From Octopus sinensis (lineage: Eukaryota), in the NCBI RefSeq assembly GCF_006345805.1, contig NC_043013.1, positions 47,864,001 to 47,928,000 of the forward strand: DNA of 64,000 bases, written 5' to 3'. This document shows, piece by piece, positions 38,921 to 52,460 of the stretch. Under the pieces are notes generated by a model. The model had not been told where the DNA came from and searched no databases. It saw only the letters and a program-made list of their open reading frames with translations. The position numbers and the translations under genes are program-made. The number at the start of each line of letters is the position of its first letter. Position 1 is the stretch's first letter.

Positions 38921-39776
38921 GTATTTATTACCTTATTACTTATATTTATAACTTCCTATATACATACGCGCATATATAATCTGCTAGAAATTGATACGAA
39001 AATATGGAAAATATGTAATAAAAAAAAGATAGAAGTGGAACATAGTCTTGTTTTTTAATGAAGCATACACGAAAACATGCACACACACACACACACATAT
39101 GTATGTATATAAATATAAATAAAGACACATGCATACAAACGTGTGTGTTTGTGAATTGCTATACAGGGAATTCAAATTCTTCCCAATGGAGTTCAAATAA
39201 CTGTATATACCTTCACAAGCATCTCAGAGCAATACTCTTTATTAAAAGTGGTTTCTCTTCGAAAAAATGAGATGTTCATATACGAAATGTGAAAATCCAC
39301 CTCTTCTTCTTACACTTATTCTTGTGTATAAAGGAATTCCTAATAACAAGTGTACAATAACCTCTACAGTACACCGATATGAGGGATATGAAGATGTCTG
39401 GTACGGCAACGATTTCAGTGAGAATAGTCAGGTAACTTATTTCATTTTACAAATTTTATTAGATTTTGTTAATGACTTACACCTTTTCTGGCTATTGTTG
39501 TATATTTTTGTAACATCCACTAAATATATAATTTCTTTATTAGACATTAGGTTGCTATAGGCGAGTAACTGACTACAGCGTATAGTGAGTTGTCATCTTT
39601 GCAAGCGGTTAGGCATTTCGCATTTTTTAAGCAGGTTTGGGATGTACGGAATCCGTTCAATCGTATCAGGAAAGAATTCATAATAACAAGTGTACGAGAA
39701 CCTCTACACTACACCGATATGAGGGATATCAAAATGTCTGGTACGGCAATGATTTCAGTGAGAATAGTGAGGTAAT

Positions 39777-40150
39777 AGAAGGCGATCAAGGCAGCTAAAG
39801 TACTCCAGTAGCAGTGGAGGGAATGAAACACAATGACCTTCCTGGGAACGTGGCAGAGGGCAGGACAGGAATTGAAAACAGTACAAGAACCCACAGTGAC
39901 ATGACCAACACAAAGGAGAGGCAGGAGATGATGCAAGAGGAAGGGAAGGGAAGGGGAGTTGTGCCGATAAATTAAGTGTGAGCAGGCAATGGAGTGAAAT
40001 TTCACCCAGCAGGACATTTGACAGCGGAACCCAGAGAGGATCAAGTCTTTGATCCAGGGCTCTATGATATTTTCCACGGTCAATGCCGTCAGCTGCTTAC
40101 CAACGTTGCCACTAGACAATATTGACACTTTAGCCATGCTGGCAGGAGTG
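39777..40150 (-). mobile_element. Possible decayed Penelope-like C-terminus/3' UTR fragment
   Basis: Purine-rich plus strand like the other PLE copies; KFHSIACSHLIYRHNS loosely parallels SFHSIAIQGLNS at 21330-21380. Confidence 0.4.
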
Positions 40151-40586
40151 AACAGCCTTTTTTTTTTTTATTCTGGATGAAAGTATACTCTACGTTGGTT
40201 CGATGGAAGCAAGAAGTGGAAGTATTATTATTTTATGTCAGAGAAAGGAGAGTTATTCTCCATGGATTAGGGTTAATTATCGTTCAAGCGTGTAAGCTAT
40301 ATAATCACATATATTCTGTTAGAATTCAAGAATGATATAATATTATAACATTAGCTAGCCATATATAGCAATTAAAAGAGGAAGCAACGCTGTATAACGC
40401 AGGAACGTTCTGGATCGTATCTTGATAGATGTAGATATAAGCACTGCTCAGTGAAGAGGAAAATCATTCTAAAAATTCAAAACTATCCGGATTTTTCTTG
40501 AATTGGAAAACGAAACTTTTGGATGCTGAGCCTTCAAAGACACAAGTTCGTTCTGCGATGTGGTCCGTTTATACATATAATATATA

Positions 40587-40685
<99 letters not shown>

Positions 40686-40709
40686 ATATATATACATACA
40701 TTGGTAAAT

Positions 40710-40810
40710 CACCTTATTTATGGTGTACTTTCGTCAGACAACCTGGCCAGAAGTTAGGAATTCGATCCAGTCCTGGAGTTTTCCATTTGTGAGAGTTCCT
40801 AAGAACTGCC
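40710..40810 (-). mobile_element. R4/Dong LINE RT domain-0 fragment
   Basis: HKWKTPGLDRIPNFW matches the R4/Dong-type NWKxPGxDxIxNFW motif. Confidence 0.6.
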
Positions 40811-41008
40811 AAGTTACAAGTAGTAAACAAATCAACACCGATTGTCAAGCCATTGTTGGGGACAAACACAGGTACACACCGTTGTCGTCCTTCTTTACCT
40901 CCATTTATTCTTACATACACATATATAAGTACCAGCACACGAAACTTTAGGAGCATGAGTTACACTGATACTTCTGCAAAATATTAATGTATATATATAT
41001 TATATATA

Positions 41009-41047
<39 letters not shown>

Positions 41048-41184
41048 CTAATACATATATAAAAGCAAGTAGTCTGTTGTGCAAAGTTACCGTCTACCCA
41101 CGTTAACGAATTTTAATTAAACTTTGCAAACATGCTAATGCATCATCCAGTTTGTTACTAAGTTCATTGAAGTAAGAATAACCT

Positions 41185-41560
41185 ATAATTGGATGGCTAC
41201 GGCCCCTAGAAGGGATCCACATATATAACCATTAGCCGCCAAGAGAAATACCCCATTCATTTTCCTGTATATAATAAATGAAAAATGTATATTAAATATC
41301 ATGAAGTATATTTGCCACTTAAATATGACTAACCCTTAAGGGTGGATGCTACTGTAGCTTGTAGCCCCAGGAAGACACCTCCCCCAACTGGCTATTGACA
41401 CACTTTCTGTGCCCTATCAGTATTTGCAAAGGGAAGCCATCTTTCCCATCTCCGACATGACGTGATACACACGGACCAGAGTTTCTGGGTATTGACCCGT
41501 GATCAGCGTGTGACAATCACCGGTTGTCGATGTGAAGTGGTTCCCAAAGCAAATATATAC
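41185..41560 (+). mobile_element. Diverged copy of the 51905-52275 foldback element family
   Basis: gtagccccagga...cacactttctgtgccctatcagtatttgcaaagggaagccatc aligns with the reverse complement of ~52040-52240. Confidence 0.6.
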
Positions 41561-42713
41561 GATTTATTAAACAAGCATTCTACATTACGTGGACTTTCTT
41601 ACAAGAAATTGTCAGACAATGTCAGTGATTTTATTTGGTATAAATCAAGTTGTGCATGTTTATTTTTTAGTATTTGAAATGTTAAAAGTATTTTTGCAAT
41701 TTACCCAGTACAAACCTTAAACAAGTAAATAGTATTTTCCTAAACAATAGATCCACTTATTTCAGTTAGAGACTTATTCGCAAATATATCGTGAATGGCG
41801 ATGCCTTTCATGTCACTTCAGCCAATTGACAGGCGCTGCATGAAGAACTGTTCTGCTTTTAGACAAATGGACTGTCATCACAAAGCTCACGACCTGTTTA
41901 CATGTACGAACACCTTCTTAATTTGTATTGATAGATGTGTTAATGTTTTGTAACGATGTGCTCTCTGCAACAACCAACCAAACAAGCAGACAGAAATCGC
42001 CATTTATTTATCAACAACATTGCAATCTTCACTGTATTCATACATGTCACACGCTTTACATGTAGGAACATTTTCTTAATTCATATTGATAACTGTGTTG
42101 ATGTTTTCGTAAGTGTTGTAAATGTATTGATAATCTACATGTTATTTTATTTTTAATTCTATACGCAAATTCATTTGTATGTCTACTGTAAAACCAAATC
42201 TCAGTCTGTTTTTACACTTAATGTAAATCTATTTCAACACTAGCGCTCCTGAGGGTAATATTCTCTGGGAACGCACAAAAACCCTTTTCAGAGTTATTTA
42301 CTTTCTTTGAATTGTTATTATCTCATATCTGATTAACTTGTTATTACGTAACATGCTTCGCAATTTTGATATACATACCTTATTCCTCTAAGTTCTATAT
42401 ACTCCGGGAACACATGAAACCCCTTTTGGGGACTACTTTATTTGAATTCTTGCTATCGGGTAATTAATTTCATGTTAATACGTAAATGACCTCACAATTT
42501 GGGTATTCATAACTTATCGGGATTTACTAAAAACATCATCCTATGTAAGACAGTTCGGTATTTTCTGTAAGTGCACAAAAATTGTTTTTAGGGCTACATA
42601 ATTTGTATTGTTGTTCTTGGATTAGCGAAACAATTATGAGAACGGAACCGAGGGATAACCCTCGCTTTTCCGAGAATTACCGGGCACGTCAGCTAGCATA
42701 TATATATATATAT

Positions 42714-42860
42714 AGGCGCATCTGTGTAGTAAGAAGCTTGCTTTCGAACCACATGGTTCAGTCCCGCTGCGTGGCACCTTTGGCAAGTGTCTTCTACAAT
42801 AGCTTCGGGCCGACCAAAGCCTTGTAAGGTGGATTTGGTAGACAGAAGTCCGTCGTATAT
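42714..42860 (+). mobile_element. Family B SINE, 5' half
   Basis: aggcgca...accacatggttcagtccc...gcgtggcaccttt...ggatttggtagac. Confidence 0.8.
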
Positions 42861-43495
42861 ATAATTAGTGGGATAGAGGAAAAATTTGAGTAGTCTTTTG
42901 TGTAAGTTCAATCTAGATAGGTAAGTAAGAATCTAAGGAGTCATAAAACTCAGAAGGAAATGGAAAGTGCTGGTAGGTTTTGACAGCTGTTTCTGGGATA
43001 CGGTGTTCATTAGAAGCATTTATATGTATTGTGCCTACATATACATAATGCAGATGAGTGAAAATTAACCGACGGATGTAAATAAATAGATAGCCTAATC
43101 TAGTAGGGGAAAATGTAGTGATAAAATAGGTACTAGATTGATGGCAAGAAATAAGGACAAAAAGGTGGCACAAGAAATAAAGAATGGTGACAATAGAATG
43201 GTGAAAAGGGCGAGGAAAGAACAATGAGAAACGAGGGAAGAGGTAGGGGTACGAAGGAAGATGTAGAGAGGATATGAGTGGTGCTGCCATAATAGCAATA
43301 GAATGGTCTGTTAGGTCAGATAAAATGTCGTTTCTAAAGTGTAGAAGCATTGAATTAAACTTCAAAAGACAGCAAAAGTGATAAGAATTAAAAAGATTTT
43401 TATGATACCCTGTTACGTGTACATCTTCCGGGCTGTTACAATGTAGCTAGAAATTATCAAGTGTAGAAAAGTGTGACAACCATAATAGAACATTT

Positions 43496-43920
43496 AGGCG
43501 TAGGAGTGGCTGTGTAGTAAGTAGCTAGCTTACGAACCACATGGTTCCGGGTTCATTACCACTGCGTGGCACCTTGGGCAAGTATCTGCTACTATAGCCT
43601 CGAGCTGACCAAAGCCTTGTGAGTGGATTTGGTAAATGGAAACTGAAAGAAGTTCTTCATAAATATATATATATATATATATATGTTTGTATATATGTAT
43701 GTGTGTGAGTATATGTTTGTGTGTCTGTGTTTGTCCCCCGCCAACATTGCTTGACAACCGATGCTGGTGTGATTACGTCCCTGTAGCTTAGCGGTTCGGC
43801 AAAAGAGACCGATAGAATAAGTACTAGGCTTACAAAGAAAAAGTCCTGGGGGTCGATTTGTTCGAATAAATGGCAGTGCTCCAGCATGGCCACAGTCAAA
43901 TGACTGAAACAATTAAAATC
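43496..43920 (+). mobile_element. Family B SINE, full length
   Basis: tRNA-like head, ggcaccttgggcaagt core, internal microsatellite, caaatgactgaaac tail. Confidence 0.88.
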
Positions 43921-44167
43921 AAAAGTAGCAGAAGGTTACTATTTTCTTGTTAGAAATGCATTGAAAGCAGAGAGCAATTTTTGCTCGGGGATTGACAGAA
44001 AGAGTCTGCTCGGTTATCTTAAAAATTGCCATCCGCTTCATTAGAGTTGACACATATTATATTACGTAATAAAGTAATAAGTACCTTGCATTATGACCTT
44101 AGTTTTCACTGCCGAGAAGAAGGACAATCATTTCAAGTATACGAATCCTTGAGTCATTACCACAGGT

Positions 44168-44172
44168 ATCAT

Positions 44173-44203
<31 letters not shown>

Positions 44204-44470
44204 TTGTGCTTATTGCACGGGTTACCATGACTCATTCTCTTCAGTCCGTTCGGTCCGCCGTTCCATGTTGTAGGTCTCCCCTCGGGTGCATTTGGAGTCC
44301 TCGCAAAGATGCTTTATGTAGGTTCGGTGTGGTCTACAAGCATTTGCGTACCCATGCAAAGAACGTCGCTGATGATCTTATCATTTGCTCTCCAGTAATG
44401 TCCAATGAATATTATGTTTCTTTCTCTGAAGGCGTGTGACATTGGTGGTAAATTATCGGAGAGAAGTACT
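44168..44470 (-). mobile_element. RTE/RTE-X LINE 3' end with (CTG)n/(TGA)n tail
   Basis: Minus-strand translation LPPMSHAFRERNIIFIGHYWRANDKIISDVL resembles the RTE-type R.L.F.GH..R...++S.+L motif. Confidence 0.55.
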
Positions 44471-45386
44471 TTCGTAGGGTGTCTCTAGGTGATGTCCACG
44501 ACGGTTCGACGCATTCTTGTATAAAATCCGTCAATTTTCTTTTCAAGATGCTTTGCTAGAATCCATGTCGTACATTCATATAACAAGCATATAGACCATT
44601 TTCTCTCTATTTTCAAAAACACGGTAACCTGATTGCCCTGAAGTATGTTTCTTCTTGTTACTACTTAAATAATATTAACATATCAGCTAATGCATATTAC
44701 AACGGTATTATGAAATTATATTAAAACCATTTCATAACATTGAAATTCTTTGCGATCAATGATCTAGTAACGAGTTACTGTAAGAATTTATTTCACCTAA
44801 AATCAAATTCTGTGGAAATTGCATAAAGTTAATCTTAGCTAGCAGTTTCTGCGACAAAGGTTATCGTTTGGGGACTCGCAGAAATTGCATCATGCAGAAG
44901 CTTATCTCCTTGCCCAAAATTTATTAATCTAAATTCCAATAAATACCTGACAACCACCCCTATATTTTTACCATTTTTTTTTTCAAAATGAAATTTATAA
45001 AATGCATTTATGGATCATTCTATTTTGGTTCGCATTTGCCTTTTAATGCAAATTAAGCTGCATACAAGCTTTCGTTAAGTATTTTCAGGATTTACTTTCT
45101 GTCGTACATACTTCTCAAAGAGCAACATTTTATATATTTTGATTTTTTTTCTTGCGTCTTAGTTCAGCAGTCTCCATCAGAGATTAACTCTGCAGAACAT
45201 TCCATGTATATGCTTTAATTTATTAGCACAGGAGGAATATACGATGAAATTATATTAATATTTTGTTTCTTGTTACATTCAAACAATAGACATTGATCTA
45301 CCTACAATAATAGTTCAATATTTAGCATCTTTACTTTCACTACATCATCTGTAATCAAATTATGATAAATGATGATGATGATGATC

Positions 45387-45513
45387 TCAAATTTTAGCAC
45401 AAGGCCACCGGTTTTGGGGGAGGAGTGATAAATCGATTACATTGCCTCCAGTGCTCAACTGGTATTTATTTTTTCGACCCCGAAAGGATGAAAAGTAAAG
45501 TCAACCTCGGAGG
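45387..45513 (-). mobile_element. Family A SINE, 5'-truncated
   Basis: Core and tail only. Confidence 0.75.
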
Positions 45514-45535
45514 TATAATAATAATAACAATACGA

Positions 45536-45683
45536 AGAAGAAGAAGAAGAAGAAGAAGAAGAAGAAGAAGAAGAAGAAGAAGAAGAAGAGAGAAGAAGAA
45601 GAAGAAAAAAAGAAGAAGAAGAAGAAGAAGAAGAAGAAGAAGAAGAAGAAGAAGAAGAAGAAGAAGAAGAAGAAGAAGAAGAA
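45536..45683. repeat. (GAA)n microsatellite
   Basis: Direct reading; source of the poly-R and poly-L ORFs. Confidence 0.97.
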
Positions 45684-45711
45684 GCTCTGAGTTAAGTAAC
45701 ATGGGCATACA

Positions 45712-46092
45712 TTAAGAAGTCACTCCACAAAACAATCTCAGTCCAATAACATCGGTGCGATGGAATGGCAAACTTGGCCATACAACTGTGGACAGAGCGT
45801 GAGAAAGTGAGACTGGATGACATTGATTAGTACAAACGGAAGGCAATAGGGATATAAGAGCTAAGATGTATTCTTCGGGAGCCCTAAAAGTGGAAAACTC
45901 TGACAGTAGGAACAACATTCCTTCTACCAAAAACTGAAGACACAAAAATCCAAAGAACTACCAACCAATAACATGTCTCAACACCACCTACAAGATCCTC
46001 CCATTCACATTACCTGAAAGAATATACGCTTTCCTTGAACAGGGATCTATCCTTCTACAATCTCAAAAAGGCTGTAAAAGGAATTCTTATGA
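45712..46092 (+). mobile_element. R4/Dong LINE RT fragment
   Basis: GTTFLLPKTEDT(fs)PKNYQPITCLNTTYKIL...RIYAFLEQ...QKGCKRNSY. Confidence 0.75.
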
Positions 46093-46108
46093 GTGGGAAG
46101 GTCAAAGA

Positions 46109-46224
46109 TCCGAGGGATGAAAGGCAAAGTCGACCTCGGCGGAATTTGAACTCAGAACGTAGAGGCAAACGAAATACCGCTAAGCGTTTCGCCCGGCGTG
46201 CTAACGATTCTGCCAGCTCACCGC
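46109..46224 (-). mobile_element. Family A SINE, head plus core
   Basis: gatgaaaggcaaagtcgacctcggcggaatttgaactcagaacg...tgctaacgattctgccagctc. Confidence 0.85.
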
Positions 46225-46439
46225 GGCGGCGGCGGCGGCGACAGCTGCACCAGGAGTAATGATGATAATAACCACAAAATCCATCAGCAAGGGCGATAAT
46301 GAGAACAACAACAAAGACGATGACGGCAACGACAACGACAACAATAATAATAATGATAATAATAATAATAATCTAACAAAATATCCAAGTAGTTAGAAAA
46401 TTTAGTTGTCAACGTATATATGCATATGAATGTGCATGT

Positions 46440-46536
46440 GCGTGTATGTGTGTGTGCGCGCGCGTGTGTATATATGTGCGTGTATATATATATATATATT
46501 ATAATATATATATTATATATATATATTTATATTTAT

Positions 46537-46605
<69 letters not shown>

Positions 46606-46681
46606 ATATATATATATATAATCTATATTCATATATATATATTTATATATATAATATATAAATATATATATACATACGTAT

Positions 46682-46764
<83 letters not shown>

Positions 46765-47168
46765 ATATATATATAATACATATAAGAGTAAAAGCGTATC
46801 AATATATCAAGGTATGCGTTTATTATTCTACGGAAGTGTATGTGTAGATTTGTCTACACATGCAAACATAGATATTTTTAACGATAAGCAGATAGAATGG
46901 CAGGCGGGAGGGAGGGAGGAGAGAACGCCTTTGATTTATCAACATCTGAGACATGTCTGTGTATGTCAATCATGGAGGTATCAGATTAAAACCGATTAGT
47001 AACTTTAGAAACCCTCACTATAAACCTTTTGTTATCACCCTATTATGATGAACTGTATATATATATATATGTATGTATGTATGTATGTAGTATGTATGTA
47101 TGTAGTATGTATGTATGTATGTATTATGTATGTATGTATGTATATACGCATATATGTGTATTATATAT

Positions 47169-47241
<73 letters not shown>

Positions 47242-47260
47242 GCATGCATATACATAAATT

Positions 47261-47292
<32 letters not shown>

Positions 47293-47390
47293 CACATACA
47301 CGTATATATATATGTATATATATATATATATATAAATACATACATACATACATACATACATACATACATACATACATACATACACCTATA
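46440..47390. repeat. Two large TA/TATG/TACA low-complexity blocks
   Basis: Direct reading (46440-46790 and 47055-47390). Confidence 0.9.
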
Positions 47391-47757
47391 TATAGGGAGA
47401 GACAGTCAGACCCACAGACAGACAGCAAGACAGACACAGAAATGTGCGGAAAGCTGAATAGATTAATACGTGTGCATACGTAAATATGTATTCAAAAAAA
47501 AAAAACACGGGTAAAATTTGAGTTGGAGTGATTGAAAGGCATTTATTCTATAAATATGTGCAAGATCTGGAATATGTGTTTCCTTTCCGTAAAAATAATT
47601 GATAAAATTATTTTATTTCGATTTATTTAGGTTATCAAAAATGTATTGGAATGAAGATATGAGAACTTAACCATTGTCTTCTGATATATAAACATACCAA
47701 TTTCGGCCCCTTAAACTTACCATATTTAACTGAAGCAATTTTCCTAATATTGGTTTA

Positions 47758-47920
47758 GATTTTAGCACAAGGTCAGTAGTTTTGGTTGCGGGGCTAAATC
47801 GATTACATTGCGGCAGTATTTTATCGACCCCAAAAGGTTGGAAGGTAAAGTCGACTTCAGTGGAATTTGAACTCAGAATATACTAAGCATTTTCCTAATG
47901 ATTCTGCAAGTTCGCCGCCT
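47758..47920 (-). mobile_element. Family A SINE, internally deleted
   Basis: Core and head recognisable. Confidence 0.75.
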
Positions 47921-48253
47921 CCAATTATCGTAATATTAATAGGAGTGAAGTATTTAGTTAGGAAGCGTTCATACTTTTTGCTCATTTGTAAAGAACACTA
48001 TGAACTTTATAGAAATGAAATAATTTCGACTGAGAACTGAAACCAAATAACTAATCACCGTGGAGGTGCTTATCCCTTACGCATTAACCAACGCTTAGTT
48101 GTATCTAAGAGTTCATATACAGGATCAACCATATTTCTGTACAAGTACACCTAGGCATGGGTTGGTTTTACGGGCCGCAGCGCTGAATTGTACCCTACCA
48201 GGAGGGCCCTCACGAAATTAAATGAAAAGTTTTTTCTTCTTTTTGAGCATGTA

Positions 48254-49142
48254 CGTGACTTGATCAGTAAGTATCCGGACTATTGTCATAGTAACTAATC
48301 TAAAGCACGCAGAGTAAAGCCGCTCGGCTTAGATTGACCTTAAATTCTGCTGTGCATGCGCACTAAGTTTTAACGTTCTATCTCACTTCCGCTATATACA
48401 GTAGTGCTTGGAAAGAACGTGTGTAGCGGGTGATCGTTGCATTGACTATGACAGAGAACGTTGAGCAAGGATCTGCATCAAATTTTACCAAAAGCTTGGC
48501 AATGCCTGCTCAGAGTCCTACGCAAAGTTTTCAAAAAGTTGTAATCGTTCTTGACATAATCAAGGAGATCTTGTGCAACTAAAACCCTAGTATCTTTTTG
48601 GTCAGCTGAAGGTAGTTTTGGCACTAACTTGGCAGACACTCGTCTCATGCCCAATTTTTCTGTGATAATGGACTGAACAGAACTCAAACCAATCTGCACA
48701 TCCTCTGTTATCACGGATGATGATTCGACGATTTCCCCTCACAGCTGTACGCACATCTGTGATGTTTTTCTCAGTTCTGCTAACTGAGGGTCTCCCAGCA
48801 CGTTCGTCCATATCGACATTTTCTCGGCAATTTTGGAAACGCCTGAACCACTCTACACTTGTGTGTAGCCCATACACTCCTCTCCATACACTTCTGCAAC
48901 CTTGCGTAAGTCTCTGAGCAGGTATCGCCATGACAATTTTCTTTGTCATGGTCAATGCGACGATCACACGCTACACACCTTCCTTTCATGCACTGCTGTA
49001 AACGGCGGAAGTGAGTTAAAACGTTAAAACTTAGTGCGCATGCACAGCAGAGTTCAAGTTCAGTCTGTTGCAAGCGGCTTACTTTGCATGCGTTAGCTTC
49101 GTTACTGTGACAACAGTCCAGATAGTTATTGTTCAGATCACG
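48254..49142. mobile_element. Mariner-like element bounded by two left (5') ends
   Basis: TA at 48252-53 and 49143-44. ~280-bp imperfect inverted arms each containing the transposase start. Minus-strand ORF pieces EWFRRF...DERAGRPS...LGMRRVSAKLVPKL. Confidence 0.8.
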
Positions 49143-49499
49143 TAGAATCAATGTATAAAGTATCTAAGTATATGTACTCTAAATTATTTCTTTAAGACAG
49201 AGCTAATATTAAAATGTCTGTTGGGTAATTTGATGTATTTAGTTGCAAGCAAGAAACACTGCACGCTTTCGATATCTGTAACCTTATAGTAAATAACAGA
49301 TTAATAATACCCACTCATAGAAAGTTTATATAGCAAGTGGATGAGAGAACAAGTGAATCGTATTGTTATGGATGATGACAAATTCTACAGACTTATGGGA
49401 AAATGCATTACGAATAAGAGAACATTCATGTATTTCTTTTTAATATGCATATGAAAATTGTGTATAGAAGAGTGGATGTAATATGCCTCTTAGATATAA

Positions 49500-49700
49500 T
49501 AAGAGGGAATCTAAACGGTTGTAAACGTGAATATGTTGTGGTAATATGTGTAGATGCCTGTGTAAAGATAGTAGCCGAATTTCCTAAGTGTGTGACTGCA
49601 TATTCAAGTGCGTCTGAATCTGGTGCAGTTCATATTCAAGTGGCTCTGTATGAGGTCAGTTGTGTCAATCAGTTTTTCCATGGAGCTGAGGAGAAAACCT
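49500..49700 (+). mobile_element. Possible highly decayed RTE RT fragment
   Basis: CVKIVAEFPKCVTAYSSASESGAVHIQVALYEVS loosely parallels the RTE ...V.VGLHQGS region. Confidence 0.3.
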
Positions 49701-50112
49701 GATATTCTCAATCCATGTTATAACAGGAATACTTCTAGTAACCTGTGTGAATACTCTGGTAGTTGCCTTGAAGGTAGTGTAGAGAATAAGTGTATCTGAC
49801 ACTGGTTGTGGAATAACTATATTTTAATTGTGGTTAACCTTGTGAAAAATATATTTACTGGATAAAAGCATACAATATTTGTGGAACAGGAGCCCATAAA
49901 ATTTTTATTCGCCTCTGCGCGCATCCAAGACATAGGTTTTGTAAAGTAACGGTGAGCATTTCTTTTCCCTGTGCCCTTATGTAGAAATTCTCGCTCGTAT
50001 CATCTTATCTTTATTTTTGTCGCAATGAAATTTTACTGTATGTGTCGGTGAAATGGAGATATTGTAAATGTGCAGCATGTCGGAAATTGTTCAATCTTTT
50101 ATTTTTTTTTTT

Positions 50113-50289
50113 TACCTGTTTCAGTCATTTGAGTGTGGCCAAGTTGGAGCGCCACTTTGAAGGGCTTTAGTCTGCTACTTATTCTACCGGTCTCATTTAC
50201 CGAACCGCTAAGTTACAGGGACGTGAACACAACAACCGATTGTCATGCCATGGTGGGGGACAAACATGGACATAAACACATATGCACAC

Positions 50290-50369
<80 letters not shown>

Positions 50370-50525
50370 CGCACACATAAACGGCGGGCTTCAGTTGCCA
50401 TCGAGCAAATGCCCTTATCAGGCAATAGTAGAAGACAATAGCTTAAGGTGCCACGGAGTAGGACTGAACCCAGAAGCATGTAGTTGGGAAACAAGCTTCT
50501 TACCACACTGGCACGCCTGTGCCTA
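50113..50525 (-). mobile_element. Family B SINE
   Basis: Head, internal microsatellite and tail as for 43496-43920. Confidence 0.85.
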
Positions 50526-51904
50526 TGTTGATTTGTTATAGGTGAACGGGAAAAATAGTTGTTCTACTGGTTGTGTAGTTTCAGACTTGCTTTGATCTAG
50601 CAAAGTTATCGAGTAAAGACGTTTGAGTCGTAACCTGTCCGTAAATAGCTACACCAATCAGTATGTAACTTTGAAGAGAGTAGAGTATCATATGACGGAG
50701 AGTTGACTGCTATCTTTAACAAGTTGAGTGATCATAATATAACGCTTGCCTTGTTTGTTCAATAATGAAATAGTTGATCAACTCAATGATTAATTCAATG
50801 TTGATATTTTAAATGAATCTTCAAATGAAGAATCAATCTTCTAATAATAAATGGTACCTTGATGATTTTTTTTACCCTATTTCTGAAAGATATTTTATTG
50901 ACCTTTTCAAATCAAATGGAAAATATTCTGATGAAAAATCGAGTTCATTGAGGAATGTTCAGCATATATTCATGCTTGAAATACAAAAGTTTATTTCTGA
51001 TAAAGATATTCTCATAGTTTTATATATATATATATATTAATAAATCCTACGTTGAACTTATTCTTATTGTTGTCCTTTGATTGCTTTTAATCAAATCCAT
51101 GTGAAATTGATATTCGTTATTTTTAAAATAGCTTTTAATATTTAATTGAATTTTGATATTTTCGCTTTATTTACGAGTATTGAGACAGGAAGTGTTTAAC
51201 TTGAGTATTAAATTTGTAGACAAATATTATATCTACGTACATATCAATTGATATTAAAGCAATTTTCATTGTTCTCAAAATGTGACGCACTTTCTTCTAG
51301 TAAAAATAAAGTTCGGTTTACTTCACCTGTTATAAGTTCATTCCAGCCAAATGTCAAGATGTTAAATTTATTAAAGATAAAAAGCAGCTTTATAATGTTG
51401 ATGCTCTGAATTTATTTTCGATATTCGGAAAATCATACGAATAATTATATTAACACTAATGTTTAAGTAGAAATTTCTGAAGTTAGAAACAAGTTTTGCA
51501 ATCAGTCTCCAGAAATGATTTGTCACAAAAAGGTTTAAAAGGCCAGCCGCTCTCAATAATAAATGTTAAATGCTAACCAAAATGAATTAACTGAACCATC
51601 TTCTTCTATTTGACAATATTTTTATTCGATATTATTTACACTTTATCACAATAAAATTTGACAATTTTTACCAAACTGTATGTCAGTGTCAAAAAAGTGA
51701 CAAATTCCAATAAATTTTATATGAACCATTCTCAACTGATACCAGGCTGAAACCAATCATAATATATCTATCAGTAACTTATTGTCATAATATTGTTTAA
51801 ATTTAAGGATATATCTAAATGCTGAAGTCATCTTAATTTTTGTTTTCTAAAATTATAAAGAAATGTTATTAAAAGCAGTTTTCCAAAAAGGTATAAAAGG
51901 AATT

Positions 51905-52275
51905 TTAACCCTGAAACAAACGTAAAAGCTTTTAGCCCCAGGAGATCATCGTCTCCAGCTAGCTTTATTATTGCTTGCAGACAGTTTTTCGAAATCAGAG
52001 ACGGAAGTTACTAGAAAAACAAGAAGTATTTGCAAACAGGTCTCCCTTCATCGTAAACTGGTGATTGCCGTACGTCGAAGACAGGCAAATACCTAGAAAC
52101 TGCAGCCCGTGCGTATCACTTAGGTTTACGAGAGAGGGATGACCTCCCTTTGCAAATACCATAAGGACACAGAAAGTGTGCCTAAAGCCAGCTGGAGACG
52201 ATGATCTCCTGGGGCTAAAAGCTTCAGTAACACCCACCCCCAGTGGCTAGCCACATTGAGATGGCTAGTATACTT
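51905..52275. mobile_element. Foldback element with a perfect 35-bp inverted repeat and terminal stem-loop (MITE/Helentron-like)
   Basis: 51926-51960 is the exact reverse complement of 52190-52224; stem-loop ctagcca...tggctag at 52247-52268. Confidence 0.6.
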
Positions 52276-52460
52276 TACGTTGTCGAGCGGTTACTGTTTA
52301 CATCTCGTTCAGAGATTTATTATTGCTTAAAAATATACATTTTTACGGTAAAGTTTTAGATAAATTGTCTTATAAAATCGAACAAATAATCTGAGGTATT
52401 GTGTTGGCGAGTATTCAAATTAGGACTGCATGTGGCAAACACTATAGAAAACAATGTGTA

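Noticed and set aside
45425-45715. Poly-Arg ORF (protamine-like) and antisense poly-Leu ORF
   Set aside because: Translation of a pure (GAA)n tract preceded by a SINE fragment.
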